A DNA stretch of 64,000 bases from contig NIVC01000206.1 of the NCBI GenBank assembly GCA_002269645.1, forward strand, positions 124,001-188,000, written 5' to 3'. The notes below the pieces were generated by a model. The model was not told where the DNA came from. It saw only the letters and a list, made by a program, of their open reading frames with translations, and ran no database searches. Each line of letters begins with the position of its first letter. Positions within the stretch are counted from its first letter, which is position 1. The position numbers were made by a program, and so were the translations under genes. Of this stretch, positions 23,274 through 36,271 are shown piece after piece. This DNA comes from Macrostomum lignano (Eukaryota).

Positions 23274-24053
23274 GAAATATTTCAAAATAAAAAGCTACCA
23301 AGTTATCTATTTGAAACAACATCCATCCGACAATATCCATGGGAAATAATTATAGCAAGGGTTATTGACAATCTGAATAACGAGTTCTAAATAAAAGACG
23401 CAACTGACAGTTACAAATTGAATTAAATTTTCTTTACAAAATATGCCTACTCGTTTCAGTGCCAGTTTAGACTATAAAAAAGTAAGAAAGTGACAGGTAA
23501 AACAACAACACTGCAGTGACAGATGCTACTGATGTGAAAGTGATCTGTGACAGGTGTACTAATTACTAATCAACAAGGTGTATGCTAAAATGATATCTTC
23601 AGTGATTTATATTACACCCAAAACTTGCTTACTTGCTGTATTAAACACACGGGAGATTGAGAGGAGGGGTTACAGTAGGGTCGACTTTGAAGGTCGCGGA
23701 AATCATGGATTTCGAGCGGCAGCCTGGGGTATTCGATTGTGTACACAAATATATTATTAGTAATACAGAATTATTATAATACAGGTAATTATTTTTGCTA
23801 TAAAACTGAATCTTTTTTCAAACGGTATCAACCGCAGAAATATAAAAGCAATAAAGCAGAATTTTAAGCATAAATATGTATAAATATTTGCATTAATATC
23901 AACCGGTGATGGCATGCAAATGCAACTCATTATTGTAAAGCTTTCAACTGCATCGATAAATAAATAATCAATATAAATATTAATTTATATCAATATTTAA
24001 TTTTAATTTTAATCAGGAACGAGGTACCTAAAAATAATTCATCATTAACTCAC

Positions 24054-24099
24054 AGGTGCATCGTTCTGGTTCACTCTGCCGTAGCCAGCCTTGTCGCTT
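24054..24099 (-). CDS. Ig-superfamily protein, cytoplasmic exon (SDKAGYGRVNQNDAP)
   Basis: Acceptor AATTTCAG, donor GTGAGT; phase 2 in, phase 0 out, consistent with its neighbours. Confidence 0.7.
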
Positions 24100-24134
24100 C
24101 TGAAATTGTTTTCGGTAAAATGAGTCAAACTGAA

Positions 24135-24345
24135 AATTAAATTGGCGCCATAAATCTGATTTGAATTGGTGCCATAAATCAGATTTGAATTGGCGCCACA
24201 AATATAATTTGAATTAGCGCTATAAATCTGATTTGAATTGGCGCCATAAATCAGATTTAAATTCGCGCCATAATTCTGATTTGAGTTGGTGCCATAAAAC
24301 GGAAAAAAATTAGCGCCATAAAACAGACTTGAATTGGCGCCAGAA
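24135..24345. repeat. About 25-bp GGCGCC-core repeat filling the intron between the TM and cytoplasmic exons
   Basis: Repeated GAATTGGCGCCATAAATCTGATTT; probably a TIR-element arm. Confidence 0.85.
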
Positions 24346-24371
24346 AGGCAAAAGCAGCGCACCATACTTAC

Positions 24372-24489
24372 GCAGGCTTGGGAGCGGCACTCCGCCGTTT
24401 CAAAGCGTACGCGATGCCGGCCGCAATGATGACGAAGGCCAATATGGCGGCAATCACTATGCCGGCAGTCATCATGGCAGAATTAGTCG
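24372..24489 (-). CDS. Ig-superfamily protein, transmembrane exon
   Basis: Acceptor TTATTGCAG; TNSAMMTAGIVIAAILAFVIIAAGIAYALKRRSAAPKP (TM plus basic stop-transfer); donor GTAAGT; phase 1 in, phase 2 out. Confidence 0.8.
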
Positions 24490-25519
24490 CTGCAATAAAT
24501 AACGAATGAAAAATGCGTTACTTGCCTACTATTATAAGTAGGATAATTCGACTAGCAAGTTTAAAGAAATGACCAGAATTCGTACTTTTCCCGCGCGAGT
24601 CCAGAAAATTCGACGAAGCCCTAATTTTATTCCAAGCCCCCGAACTCCCCCAGCTCCACAGCCTCAACTCCTACTCCCCTAAGATCCCAATCCCTTTCCC
24701 CCTTTTCCCTAATATCCTTGCTCCGCCGTTCTGCTCCCAGTTCTCCTACAGAGGCTGAACCAGAGAGGCAACAGAGAGAGACGTGACTGACAAGAGGGAG
24801 GAGAGGAGAGGAGGGGGGAAGGAGGCATGAGGAGAAGGGCCATGAGCACAGGCAGTATAGCAGCAGCATATTCACACAGCTACTCAGTGAAACACGAATA
24901 GAAAACAGAAGGGAGGTGAACACAGAGAGAGAGATGGAACACAAGAGTACATTGTACAAACAGTCCATAACTCGCCTCAGAGTTAGTCTCGTGTTAGTGC
25001 TCAAAAACACTGCTCATCCCTCTGCTGTGTGTGTTTTCTTTCTCAAGGGAAGAGAGACATCGCAGTCTGAAATTCCCCGAGGGGGATTAGCGAGAGCCGC
25101 CGGGACAGACGGAAGGAAAATCCTTAAATAACCGGTAGAACTCGGGGAAGGATGGGCTGCAGGGGTGAATGACTGCAGAGGCTGCTCCCAGCCCTGACTT
25201 AGTTTCTCTGCTAGAGACAGAGAATCTGGATCGAAGAGGTGAGGCGAGAGCTGCTGCTTCATCTCCCTGTGCCAGCGTCAGCCGTATCCCATCTCAATTA
25301 GTTAATTCGGTCTATTCAGCTCGGGGCTGAATACAATTATCTGGGATGCGTCACGGCCACAGGAGGCTGCAATTAACCCGGCAACTTTAATGGGAATTAC
25401 CTGAAATTTAATGCACCAGAATAAAGCTGGGGGAAATTCTAATTGAAACAGATGAATTATTGTGAGAAAAATTGCATGAATGACGGAATGAATGCAGGCA
25501 AGAGAAGACGCGGGATATG

Positions 25520-26145
25520 TAGGAGGGAAAGAGTAGAGAGGATTGGTAGAGAGAGAGAAGAATGGAAAGAGAGGGGAGAGGATGGGAGAGGAGAGACAGG
25601 GAGAAAGAGGGAGAGAGGAGAAAGATGGTGAAGAGAAAGGATGGGAGAGAGAAGTGAGAGAGGAGAATGTAAAGAGAGGAGAGAGGAGGGGACAAAGGAG
25701 GGGAGGGAGAAGGAGAGGGAGAGAGAGAGGGAGAGTGAGAGAGAGGGAGAGAGAGGGAAAGGGCGAGAGAGGGAGAGGAAGAGAGAGGGAGAGAGGGAGA
25801 GGGAGAGAGAGGGAGAGAGGGAGAGAGGGAGAGGAAGAGAGAGGAGAGGGAGGGAGAGTGAGCGAGAGAGGGAGAGAGAGGGAGAGAGAGGGAGAGAGAG
25901 GGAGAGAGAGGGAAAGGGCGAGAGAGGGAGAGAGAGGGAGAGAGAGGGAGAGAGGGACAGGGACAGGGAGAGAGAGGGAGAGAGAGGGAGAGAGAGGCAG
26001 AGGAGAAAGAGGGTGAGGAGAGAGGATGGGAGAGAGAAGAGGAGAGAGAGGGAGAGATTGAGAGAAAAGGAGAGAATGGTAGAGAGAGAGAAGAGATGAG
26101 AGAAGAGGGGAGAGGTGAGAGAAGAGATAGGAAAGATGGGAGAGA
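25520..26145. repeat. Polypurine (GA/GGGA)n tract
   Basis: Direct reading. Confidence 0.9.
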
Positions 26146-27084
26146 CGCGTGAACACGGGTACTGCCCAAACAGAATTAAACAGCATTCGGATAGAGACTT
26201 CAACTTCCAACTCAATCAGCAAAGCAATTCGAGCAGTCTACAACAGGTCCATCAATCAGTCAAACAAGATTTAAAAAGTAATTTCTTAAAATAGAATCAA
26301 AGGAACCAATGATGGAGCGAGACCGATTCCAGAGCTGATGAATGAGAGTCTGACAGTCTGGATCAAACTTCTTACTCTTTCGAAGAATTTACTCTGTCAG
26401 CATCTATCAATCATTCTATCCGTCCATCTAACCATGAATAAGTCTATCTCAAGCTTTTAACAATCTTTTTCATTCTAATGATGCCAACATGGATGAATAA
26501 TTTCAATCTAGCAGTCTATTATCATATCAATAAATAATTCAGTTTATCTGAAATCCTGCAGCTCATATCAATTGAAATCACTGCAGTTCTGCAAAGATGG
26601 CGTGCAGTGATATACACAAGTCTGGATCTGCAGCCAGTCAGAATACTGCAAAGCCCTTCGAAGGGTCGCTTTTTTACTTTTTTATAGCAGGCTTTTAGGG
26701 AAGGCGAAGGGGGCTACGAACGGTTTGAGAGGCGAAAAACACGGCCAAGGGAGCCTGCAAGTACACAAGTACTTTAACCAGCGGGTAGAGACAGAAAGTA
26801 GAGAGGGAAAGACGGAGTAGGGGAGAGGCAGGGTAAGAGAGATGACGGCAGAAATAAAAAAGCCAATTTAAAAGCTTTGCATCGCTAATCTAATGAAGCT
26901 GTGAGGCTGACTGGGGCCAGGTTAGAAATTAAATTCTGTATGAAAATGCGGGTGGCGCAAGTCAGGACAGCCAAATCCTAGAAATGAATGTATAATATCT
27001 ATGGGTTTGTAATGGCTTTGATGCGTCAGCAATGCACTTTTTATTGTTAATTTATTAATTATATCTTTATTAATTAGATGCAGC

Positions 27085-27832
27085 TTGAGAGAGTGGGTGA
27101 GGGTGTGACAGAGTGGGTGAGGGTGTGACAGAGTGGGTGAGGGTGTGACAGAGTGGGTGAGGGTGTGACAGAGTGGGGGAGGTGTGACAGAGTGGTGGAG
27201 ATGTGACAGAGTGGGGGAGGTGTGACAGAGTGGGGGAGGTGTGACAGAGTAGGGGAGGTGTGACAGAGTGGGGGAGGTGTGACAGAGTGGGGGAGGTGTG
27301 ACAGAGTGGGGGAGGTGTGACAGAGTGGGGGAGGTGTGACAGAGTGGGGGTGTGTGACAGAGTGGGGGTGTGTGACAGAGTGGGGGTGTGTGACAGAGTG
27401 GGGGTGTGTGACAGAGTGGGGGTGTGTGACAGAGTGGGGGTGTGTGACAGAGTGGGGGTGTGTGACAGAGTGGGGGATGTGTGACAGAGTGGTGGAGGTG
27501 TGACAGGGTGGTGGAGATGTGACAGAGTGGAGGGTGGGGAAGTGTGACAGAGTGGGGGAGGTGTGACAGAGTGGGGGAGGTCTGACAGAGTGGGGGAGGT
27601 GTGACAGAGTGGGGGAGGTGTGACAGAGTGGGGGAGGTGTGACAGAGTGGGGGAGGTGTGACAGAGTGGGGGAGGTGTGACAGAGTGGGGGAGGTGTGAC
27701 AGAGTGGGTGAGGTGTGACAGAGTGGGGGAGGTGTGACAGAGTGGGGAGGTGTGACAGAGTGGGGGAGGTGTGACAGAGTGGGGGAGGTGTGACAGAGTG
27801 GGGGAGGTGTGACAGAGTGGGAAAGTGTGACA
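27085..27832. repeat. 19-bp G-rich minisatellite (GTGTGACAGAGTGGGGGAG)n
   Basis: Direct reading. Confidence 0.95.
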
Positions 27833-28142
27833 GATAGAGGGACATGTGACAGAGCGAGAGCCAAGAGAGCTAAATAGTGATGGGAATGGAGAATGAAGGA
27901 AAAACGGGAGCAGAAATTGCGGGAAAAAGAAGAGAGAGGGAGAGTGGAAGATTGGGGAATCGATTGGTGAGCAAGAGCAATCAATGCCGGTCACTGTGCA
28001 GCTCTTGAATGCGACTCAAGCACGCCTGACTGCACCCAGTAGTTAGTTAAGACTTCCTCCTACCGCTGGGAGGTGGGGCTGCCCGACATTGCGCGCCTTC
28101 GCGATGCCGCACTGCGCTCTCAAAGTTAGATAAGCCAATTAA

Positions 28143-28163
28143 GTGTCTGTCTGTCTGTCTGTG

Positions 28164-28200
<37 letters not shown>

Positions 28201-28235
28201 GCCTGTCTGTCTGTCTGTGTGTCTGTCTGTCTGTG

Positions 28236-28308
<73 letters not shown>

Positions 28309-28351
28309 GCTTGTCTGTCTGTCTGTCTGTCTGTCTGCTTGTCTGTCTGTG

Positions 28352-28388
<37 letters not shown>

Positions 28389-28411
28389 GTCTGTCTGTCT
28401 GTCTGTCGGTG

Positions 28412-28450
<39 letters not shown>

Positions 28451-28451
28451 G

Positions 28452-28508
<57 letters not shown>

Positions 28509-28590
28509 GCCTGTCTGTCTGTGCGTCTGTTTGTCTGTCTTTCTGTCTGTCTGTCTGTCTGTCCACCTGTCCACCTGCCTGCATGTCTGT
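28143..28590 (+). repeat. (TCTG)n on +
   Basis: Direct reading; orientation is opposite to the other arrays inside this minus-strand gene. Confidence 0.95.
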
Positions 28591-29304
28591 CTTCTTCATG
28601 GCTCAATGAGTCCTAAACCTGCCGCAGTATACTTACAATATACGCTTAAGTTACAATTCTAGAAAGCTCTGATGAGTAATTAACGCACACAGATTTGCCT
28701 GCTTAGCCAATCAGTTCGCTAACAAGCCAGGGGACGCAGCAGAAACTGATGGGCAATGGTTGCGATAACCAGCGGTCTCTTCGCCCTTGTCAGCCACGCC
28801 AGGGAGGCGGCGGGTCTGGGGGGGTCACTGCTGGTCAGAGCCTTCCAGCCCAGGCAAGCTCGGGAAGAAAGGGATGCCTTAGGCTCATTCCAGCTGCTCC
28901 CAGTCTCTCCCCTGTATCTCCCTGCCTCTCTCTGTTCTGCCCGCGGATGCCAAGAGCAAACCAACTGGAAGGCATTTAATGGAAGGCATGAGGCCGGAGT
29001 GCACAGCGCATGCGTGGGGCGGCCTGCGTGGGAGGGAGGGGAAGGCAAGGTATTTTGCAGCTAGCCGACTGCCCAGCCTGCACTGGCGGGCATACGACAG
29101 TGCATTATTCACTGTCTTGTGTCAGGCTATTGACTGCCTGAGGCTGGATTAATCAGGCAGTGCGGGCTTTCCGCTAGCACATTGATGTGCTTCACTTGAG
29201 AAAGTATGGACATTTAATTATCTTTGTTACTGTGCCTGCGTCTGACCGTCTGCCGGCTTTGGTTTGTTCTCTGCGACTCTAAAGCAGACTCTAAGACTGT
29301 TGAA

Positions 29305-29437
29305 CAGACAGAACGACAGACAGACAGATAGATAGATAGACAGACAGACAGGTACAGGCAGGCAGACAGACAGACAGGTACAGGCAGACAGACAGACAGG
29401 CAGGTACAGGCAGAAAGACAGACAGACAGGTACAGGC

Positions 29438-29468
<31 letters not shown>

Positions 29469-29545
29469 TAGATAGACAGACAGACAGATAGATAGATAGA
29501 CAGACAGACAGGTACAGGCAGACAGACAGACAGACAGGTACAGGC

Positions 29546-29614
<69 letters not shown>

Positions 29615-29773
29615 GGCAGGCAGGCAGACAGACAGACAGGCAGACAGACAGACAGACAGACACACACACACACAGACAGACAGACAGACAGACAGGCAGA
29701 CAGACAGACAGACACACAGACAGACAGACAGACAGACAGACAGGCAGACAGACAGACAGACAGACAGACAGGC

Positions 29774-29805
<32 letters not shown>

Positions 29806-29822
29806 GGACAGACAGGCAGACA
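29305..29822 (-). repeat. (CAGA)n on +
   Basis: Direct reading. Confidence 0.95.
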
Positions 29823-29883
29823 CAGTGCTACATAGCTGCAGCTGGGGCAGCAACCTCAATGTCGGCAGAACACAGCCGGGCCA

Positions 29884-29897
29884 GTTGCCATGGCAAC
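29884..29897. promoter_or_regulatory. Perfect palindromic RFX X-box GTTGCCATGGCAAC
   Basis: Exact 14-bp palindrome equal to the RFX/DAF-19 consensus; function not shown. Confidence 0.5.
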
Positions 29898-30617
29898 GCA
29901 CAGCTTGGCCAGCTCGCGCTAATCGCAAAGAAACAGCAGAGCAGATCAATCAGCTGGCCAGGATTAACGGCATGTATTATAGAATTACATCTCAGTACTC
30001 AGCAGGACTGCTCACACAATGCTAGCCGGAGAGAAGCGGTTTTGACAGACTCAGGAGGAGCTCAAAGTCCGAAGTTACAGATTAAGCCGAATAGCCCGGC
30101 TTATCTCTGGCCCGACAATGTGGCTTCTCGTGTGGCTTTTCCCGGAAAAATGATAATAAAGCTGAGCGGGAACTGAGGCAAAGGATTATGGGACGAGAGA
30201 GGTCTTCCGAACGGGAACTACCAAATATTTTGTAGAAGCCTTGTTTTTAGACGCGATAATTTTTGTTTAAATTGAGTAAGTGTTTTCTAATTTTACGGCC
30301 TAATAAATGCTTCACATACAGGGCTGAAGTCACGGGATTCCAATTCCCTTTTCCATCTGAAACAAGAAGAATGTGCATGTTGGACTCGTAGCCTTTATCG
30401 ATAGAAAATATATATTATGCTCAATCGAAACACGAGGGCTGCCAATTGGTTGTGCCTAGATAAAGAAATTCGAGTCACCTAAAAGGAACGAATATGAGGA
30501 ATTTTTTCCGGTGCAAATCCCATAGGGACTAGCATAGTGCGGCGGGCGAGCATCCTGCGAAGAAAATTCCCGAAATGGGACAAATCCGTGTCTTTATGGG
30601 TAGATAGATGGATAGAT

Positions 30618-30680
<63 letters not shown>

Positions 30681-31261
30681 ACCGATCAGGAGAGAAGAGA
30701 GCAGTTTCTGGATGGAGAGGCGCAGTTTCATCTGAAGAATGAGTTACTCAGATCAGCAGAGAGCGGTGGGCAGGAGGCTGGGCAGAGAAATAAAAAATCG
30801 ATACAGAGAGAAGGAAATAGAAGTGCACGAAATCTCCCAATATATTCCGAGTCAGCACACACACCCACGGGGATACACAATCCCAGATCCCTACTCGCGC
30901 GCCAGAGGAGGCCAACGAAAACGAGAGAGCGGCATCGCTAATTCAAGTTTTGCTCCATCATCGGTGTCAGATATGATATGCTGGGGAGGAGAGGCTGTGG
31001 ATAGGGGGAGAATGGGAACAGACAGATGGGGAATAACGGAGATTTGGCAAGCATTTAGAGAATCAGATTCACAGTACAGTGGCTGCATGCCGCCCCAGCA
31101 ATTTTGATGTCAGTTTTAGAATTGCCCACCCGGAACTTGGGCTGATAGGTGTGCTAATCGGGCTTGAAAATAGACATGATACATGATTTTTGAACCGACG
31201 TGTGCTGGTTTAGGATGGGTTCAGGTGGGTTGCAGATATTTAGAATCGAGTTCTGAAAGTG

Positions 31262-32876
31262 TTCAACAATGGGTTCTGTGGATGGGTTTGACAATGGGGT
31301 TTGACAATGGGTTTTGTGGATGGGTTTGACAATGGGTTCTGTGGATGGGTTTGACAATGGAGTTTGACAATGGGTTTGACAATGGGTTCTGTGGATGGGT
31401 TTGACAATGGGTTTGACAATGGGTTTTGTGGATGGGTTTGACAATGGGTTTGACAATGGGTTTTGTGGATGGGTTTGACAATGGGTTTGACAATGGGTTC
31501 TGTGGATGGGTTTGACAATGGGTTTGACAATGGGTTCTGTGGATGGGTTTGACAATGGGTTTGACAATGGGTTCTGTGGATGGGTTTGACAATGGGTTTG
31601 ACAATGGTTTGACAATGGGTTTTACAATGGGTTTTGTGGATGGGTTTGACAATGGGTTCTGTGGATGGGTTTGACAATGGGTTTTGTGGATGGGTTTGAC
31701 AATGGGTTCTGTGGATGGGTTTGACAGTGGGTTCTGTGGATGGGTTTGACAATGGGTTTGACAATGGGTTTGACAATGGGTTTTACAATGGGTTTTGTGG
31801 ATGGGTTTGACAATGGGTTTGACAATGGGTTTGACAATGGGTTTGACAATGGGTTTTGTGGATGGGTTTGACAATGGGTTCTGTGGATGGGTTTGACAAT
31901 GGGTTCTGTGGATGGGTTTGACAATGGGTTTGACAATGGGTTTGACAATGGGTTTGACAATGGGTTTGACAATGGGTTTGACAATGGGTTTTGTGGATGG
32001 GTTCTGTGGATGGGTTTGACAATGGGTTTTGTGGATGGGTTTGACAATGGGTTCTGTGGATGGGTTTGACAATGGGTTCTGTGGATGGGTTTGACAATGG
32101 GTTCTGTGGATGGGTTTGACAATGGGTTTGACAATGGGTTTGACAATGGGTTTGACAATGGATTTTGTGGATAGGTTTGACAATGGGGTTTGAAAATGCG
32201 TTTAACAATGGGTTCTGTGGATGGGTTTTACAATGGGTTCTGTGGATGGGTTTGACAATGGGTTCTGTGGATGGGTTTGACAATGGGTTTGACAATGGGT
32301 TCTGTGGATGGGTTTGACAATGGGTTTGACAATGGGTTTGACAATGGGTTTGACAATGGGTTCTGTGGATGGGTTTGACAATGGGTTTGACAATGGGTTT
32401 GACAATGGGTTCTGTGGATGGGTTTGACAATGGGTTTGACAATGGGTTTGACAATGGGTTTGACAATGGGTTTTGTGGATGGGTTCTGTGGATGGGTTTG
32501 ACAATGGGTTTTGTGGATGGGTTTGACAATGGGTTCTGTGGATGGGTTTGACAATGGGTTCTGTGGATGGGTTTGACAATGGGTTCTGTGGATGGGTTTG
32601 ACAATGGGTTTGACAATGGGTTTGACAATGGATTTTGTGGATAGGTTTGACAATGGGGTTTGAAAATGCGTTTAACAATGGGTTCTGTGGATGGGTTTTA
32701 CAATGGGTTCTGTGGATGGGTTTGACAATGGGTTCTGTGGATGGGTTTGACAATGGGTTTGACAATGGGTTCTGTGGATGGGTTTGACAATGGGTTTGAC
32801 AATGGGTTTGACAATGGGTTCTGTGGATGGGTTTGACAATGGGTTTGACAATGGGTTTGACAATGGGTTCTGTGGA
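31262..32876. repeat. Compound 12/13-bp minisatellite (GGGTTTGACAAT / GGGTTCTGTGGAT)
   Basis: About 1.6 kb; begins about 17 nt from the donor of the Ig exon at 32894. Confidence 0.95.
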
Positions 32877-32893
32877 CGCTGCTCAGAACTCAC

Positions 32894-33181
32894 AGACAAG
32901 AGCCACCGAGGCCCTGGCCAGCACTTCGTTGCCCATTTTGCAGACGAATTCCAGTTTGGCATCCTTGATCTCCGCGGCCTTGCTGCTCAGCCTCACAACC
33001 GCGGTAGACAAGCCGGGCGTTTCGCTGTATTTCGGGTAGCCCTCCTGCAGCAGGGCCCGATCGATTTCCGTGATGCTCAGCCGCTCGCTGGGGTTGTTGC
33101 GGGCCGAGCAGATGGTGATGTCCGACTCCGTCTGGATTGGCGTCTCCGAGGGCACCGTCACCTCGCTGGCAATGGCCTTGT
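32894..33181 (-). CDS. Ig-superfamily protein, third Ig-like domain exon
   Basis: Acceptor CGCCCCCAG; [11 protein letters not shown]...[21 protein letters not shown]; donor GTGAGT; phase 1 to phase 1. Confidence 0.75.
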
Positions 33182-33224
33182 CTGGGGGCGATGGGGGGTA
33201 GATGGAAAGGTAGGTAGGTAGATA

Positions 33225-33277
33225 GATAGATAGATAGATAGACAGACACACAGACAGACAGACAGACAGACAGACAC

Positions 33278-33336
<59 letters not shown>

Positions 33337-33389
33337 CACAGAAAGACACACAGACAGACAGACACACAGACAGACACACAGACAGACAC

Positions 33390-33420
<31 letters not shown>

Positions 33421-33608
33421 CACAGACAGACAGACACACAGACAGACAGACAGACAGACAGACACACAGACAGACAGACACACAGACAAACAGACACACA
33501 GACAGACACACAGACAGACACACAGACAGACACACAGACAGACAGACACACAGACAGACACACAGACAGACAGACACACAGACAGACACACACAGACACA
33601 CAGACACA
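33225..33608 (-). repeat. (CAGA/CACA)n microsatellite intron
   Basis: Direct reading. Confidence 0.95.
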
Positions 33609-33625
33609 CCGGCAGCAGAGCTCAC

Positions 33626-33854
33626 AGGTAGCCAGCAGAGTAATAGTTCTTGTCCGTCTCTCTCCGAATCCATTAAAAGCTTCGCAGGTGTACACCACAG
33701 TCGGTTCCCGCGGCACAGCCTCCTCGAATTCAATCTTGTGACCGACGGTCTGATTGGTGCGGTTCTCTTTGCCGGTGATGCTCACAACAAAGGCCGGCTC
33801 GGGACTGGCGGGCTGCGTCTGGCACAGCACGTTGGTGGGAGTGCCCGCCTCGAG
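33626..33854 (-). CDS. Ig-superfamily protein, second Ig-like domain exon
   Basis: Acceptor TTCACCGCAG; [14 protein letters not shown]...[12 protein letters not shown] (Y-x-C-x-A-x-N-x-x-G Ig signature); donor GTGAGC; phase 0 to phase 1. Confidence 0.8.
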
Positions 33855-33904
33855 CTGCGGTGAAGGGGGATATTCGTTAGGGAGATTTTCACTCAATCCT
33901 AGAG

Positions 33905-34310
33905 ATATTCAACGACTAATTAGACAGATATTCATCGACTTATTACAAAGATTATTAACGACTAACTAGAGAGATATTCAACAATTAATTAGAGAGATAT
34001 TCAACTATTAATTAGCGAGATATTCAACGATTAATTAGAGAGATATTCAATGATTAATTAGAGAGATATTTAACGATTAATTAGAGAAATATTCAGCGAC
34101 TAATTAGAGAAATTATCAACGACTAATTAGAGAAATATTCAGCGACTAATTAGAGAGATATTCAGCGACTAATTAGAGATATATTCAACGACTAATTAGA
34201 GAGATATTTAACGATTAGTTAGAGAAATATTTAACGACTAATTAGAGTGATATTACAAAGATTAATTAGATATATCTAACAACAAATTACAGAGATATTC
34301 AGCGACAAAG
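33905..34310. repeat. About 23-bp AT-rich minisatellite (AATTAGAGAGATATTCAACGACT)n
   Basis: Direct reading. Confidence 0.9.
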
Positions 34311-34394
34311 TAGAATGATTTTAAAGACTGATAATGATTCTTCAGAGCGAGTAACCCGTTTCTAAGTTGGCAAAAGGCTAAATTAGTTACACAC

Positions 34395-34837
34395 CTCAGT
34401 GTTGTCGGCAATTTCCTGATTCGTTTTTTTATTGAGAATGCGGAAAGTCTCAATTGGCGGCGTCTTGTCGCCCACAGTCAGTCCGACAATTGGCGAGTCG
34501 CCGTCAGTTTGATCGTAGTCTGTGGAGACGCGCTGGACCCGGCAGTAATAATTGCTTTGCATTGTGTCTCGCCTAGCCGGGATGTCCTTGACTACCAGGG
34601 AGTTGCACGAGGTGCCCTCGTGTTTGCAATCCGAGAAAATGCATTTGGTCTGCGTGACCTGGCTTTCTATGCACTTAACGTTGATTTCGGCGGCAATCTC
34701 GCCGTTCTCACGAAACAGGGTGTAAAATACTGCGCCAAGGTTGCCAACTGGGCCGTGCGAGCAGATGAAATTGACCGGATCGTCAGTGATGGCCAGAGTT
34801 GGTTTGATGGTCAGGTCGACATTGAACTGTGCACCTG
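34395..34837 (-). CDS. Ig-superfamily protein, first Ig-like domain exon
   Basis: Open frame GAQFNVDLTIKP...VNFICSHG...SLVVKDI...SNYYCRVQR...IADNTE; NAGNAG acceptor (CCCAGCAG); donor GTGTGT; phase 1 to phase 0. Confidence 0.8.
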
Positions 34838-36271
34838 CTGGGGCTAAGAATAGTGGAAATAATTTCTTAATTAGATAAGTAATTAATGAATTTTTCGTTT
34901 GGAAATTTTTTCAGCGATGAAATATCTTTGTAGAGCTTCCTATATACAAAAAATTATAACTACAAATTTGTTGATCAATTTGAATTTTAAATTTGCTTTG
35001 CTTTAAAATTGGCATTGCATTGGAACTTTAAAGCTTAGAGTTAAAAAGCAAGAATAATTTTTTTTATTTTAGTATACATCTAAGAGTTTAACTTTGTTTT
35101 ACATCTTGTATCATGAAAAAAAAATTAAATTTTGGAAGGCTAATTTTAAATCATGGTTGCTCAATTGTCACTTTTTAAAAGCTGTTCTAAACTTATGTCC
35201 TATGTATATGTTTAACTTATTTTAGTTTGGGCATCAATAATTTAATGATATTTGCAATTCTGGGCTTTAAAAACAAATATCAGATTTTAACTTTAAATTA
35301 TCTATAAACATGGAGTCTGCAGCTTAACTTAGCAGTTTAAAAAGTAGGCCTAAGAATAAGATAGACATCTTGGCATTATTATCTGATTTTGATATTTTTA
35401 TTAATGCTAGCTAGTATCTTGGTTTTTGTTATAATATCTCAGAATTTGAAGCCAGGATACAAATGGTATTTATTTCATTTTAACAACTAAAATATATATT
35501 ATAGCATATAATATGAAAAAAATGAATATTAATAAACATTAGCAATTACTAATAAAATGCTATAAATCAAGTTCCAAGTAGCTAAAATCTAGTTACAACT
35601 TAAATTAGATAATAAGGCTGCTTAAAAGGTAATAAAAATATTGGATTTAAAATATTTTTGATAGTATGTAGCATTTTGATAACATTTAATTTTTTAAGCT
35701 TTTTATTACAAAAGCAATCCTAATCATTTTTTATTCGCAAAAACCAAAATATCAATAAAAATGTATATAGAGACATCTATCCTAAAGTAACTTAAAATTA
35801 CTATACTACTAGCAAAAAAAGAGGCTAGTTTCTATAGTGCTATGAAATTTAGGAGATTCAAAGGCTAACCACATAGCACCTTTCCTTAGGCAATATAAAT
35901 ACCTAGGCTAGGGCTAGGCCTAATATAAGAAATTCAATAGGAATTTAGAATTTTTAAGATTTCCAATGGGCTAGATATACTTTAAATAAATATACATATA
36001 TATATTTATGTATAGCAAATATGGATGGCTAGCAGCAGATATAAAGAGCCTATATCCAGCTGAGTAGTTGAAGCATTACATTAACAATACAAAAAAAGAA
36101 TTCCTTCATTAAAAGAAAACAATTTCCATATACTTAAGATAAGATTTCTATTCATTTAACTAGATAAAATCAATAAGCCCTATTATTTATACAAAGACTG
36201 ATTAGTGATTTGATTAGAGTTTATTTTTAATCAAGGTGTGACACTATAAAGGAAAAATAATAAATACATAC

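Noticed and set aside
31154-32962. CRISPR-like or coding interpretation of the regular arrays (also 39745-41432 and 57983-59145)
   Set aside because: Direct tandem units without unique spacers, no cas genes, eukaryotic intronic context.
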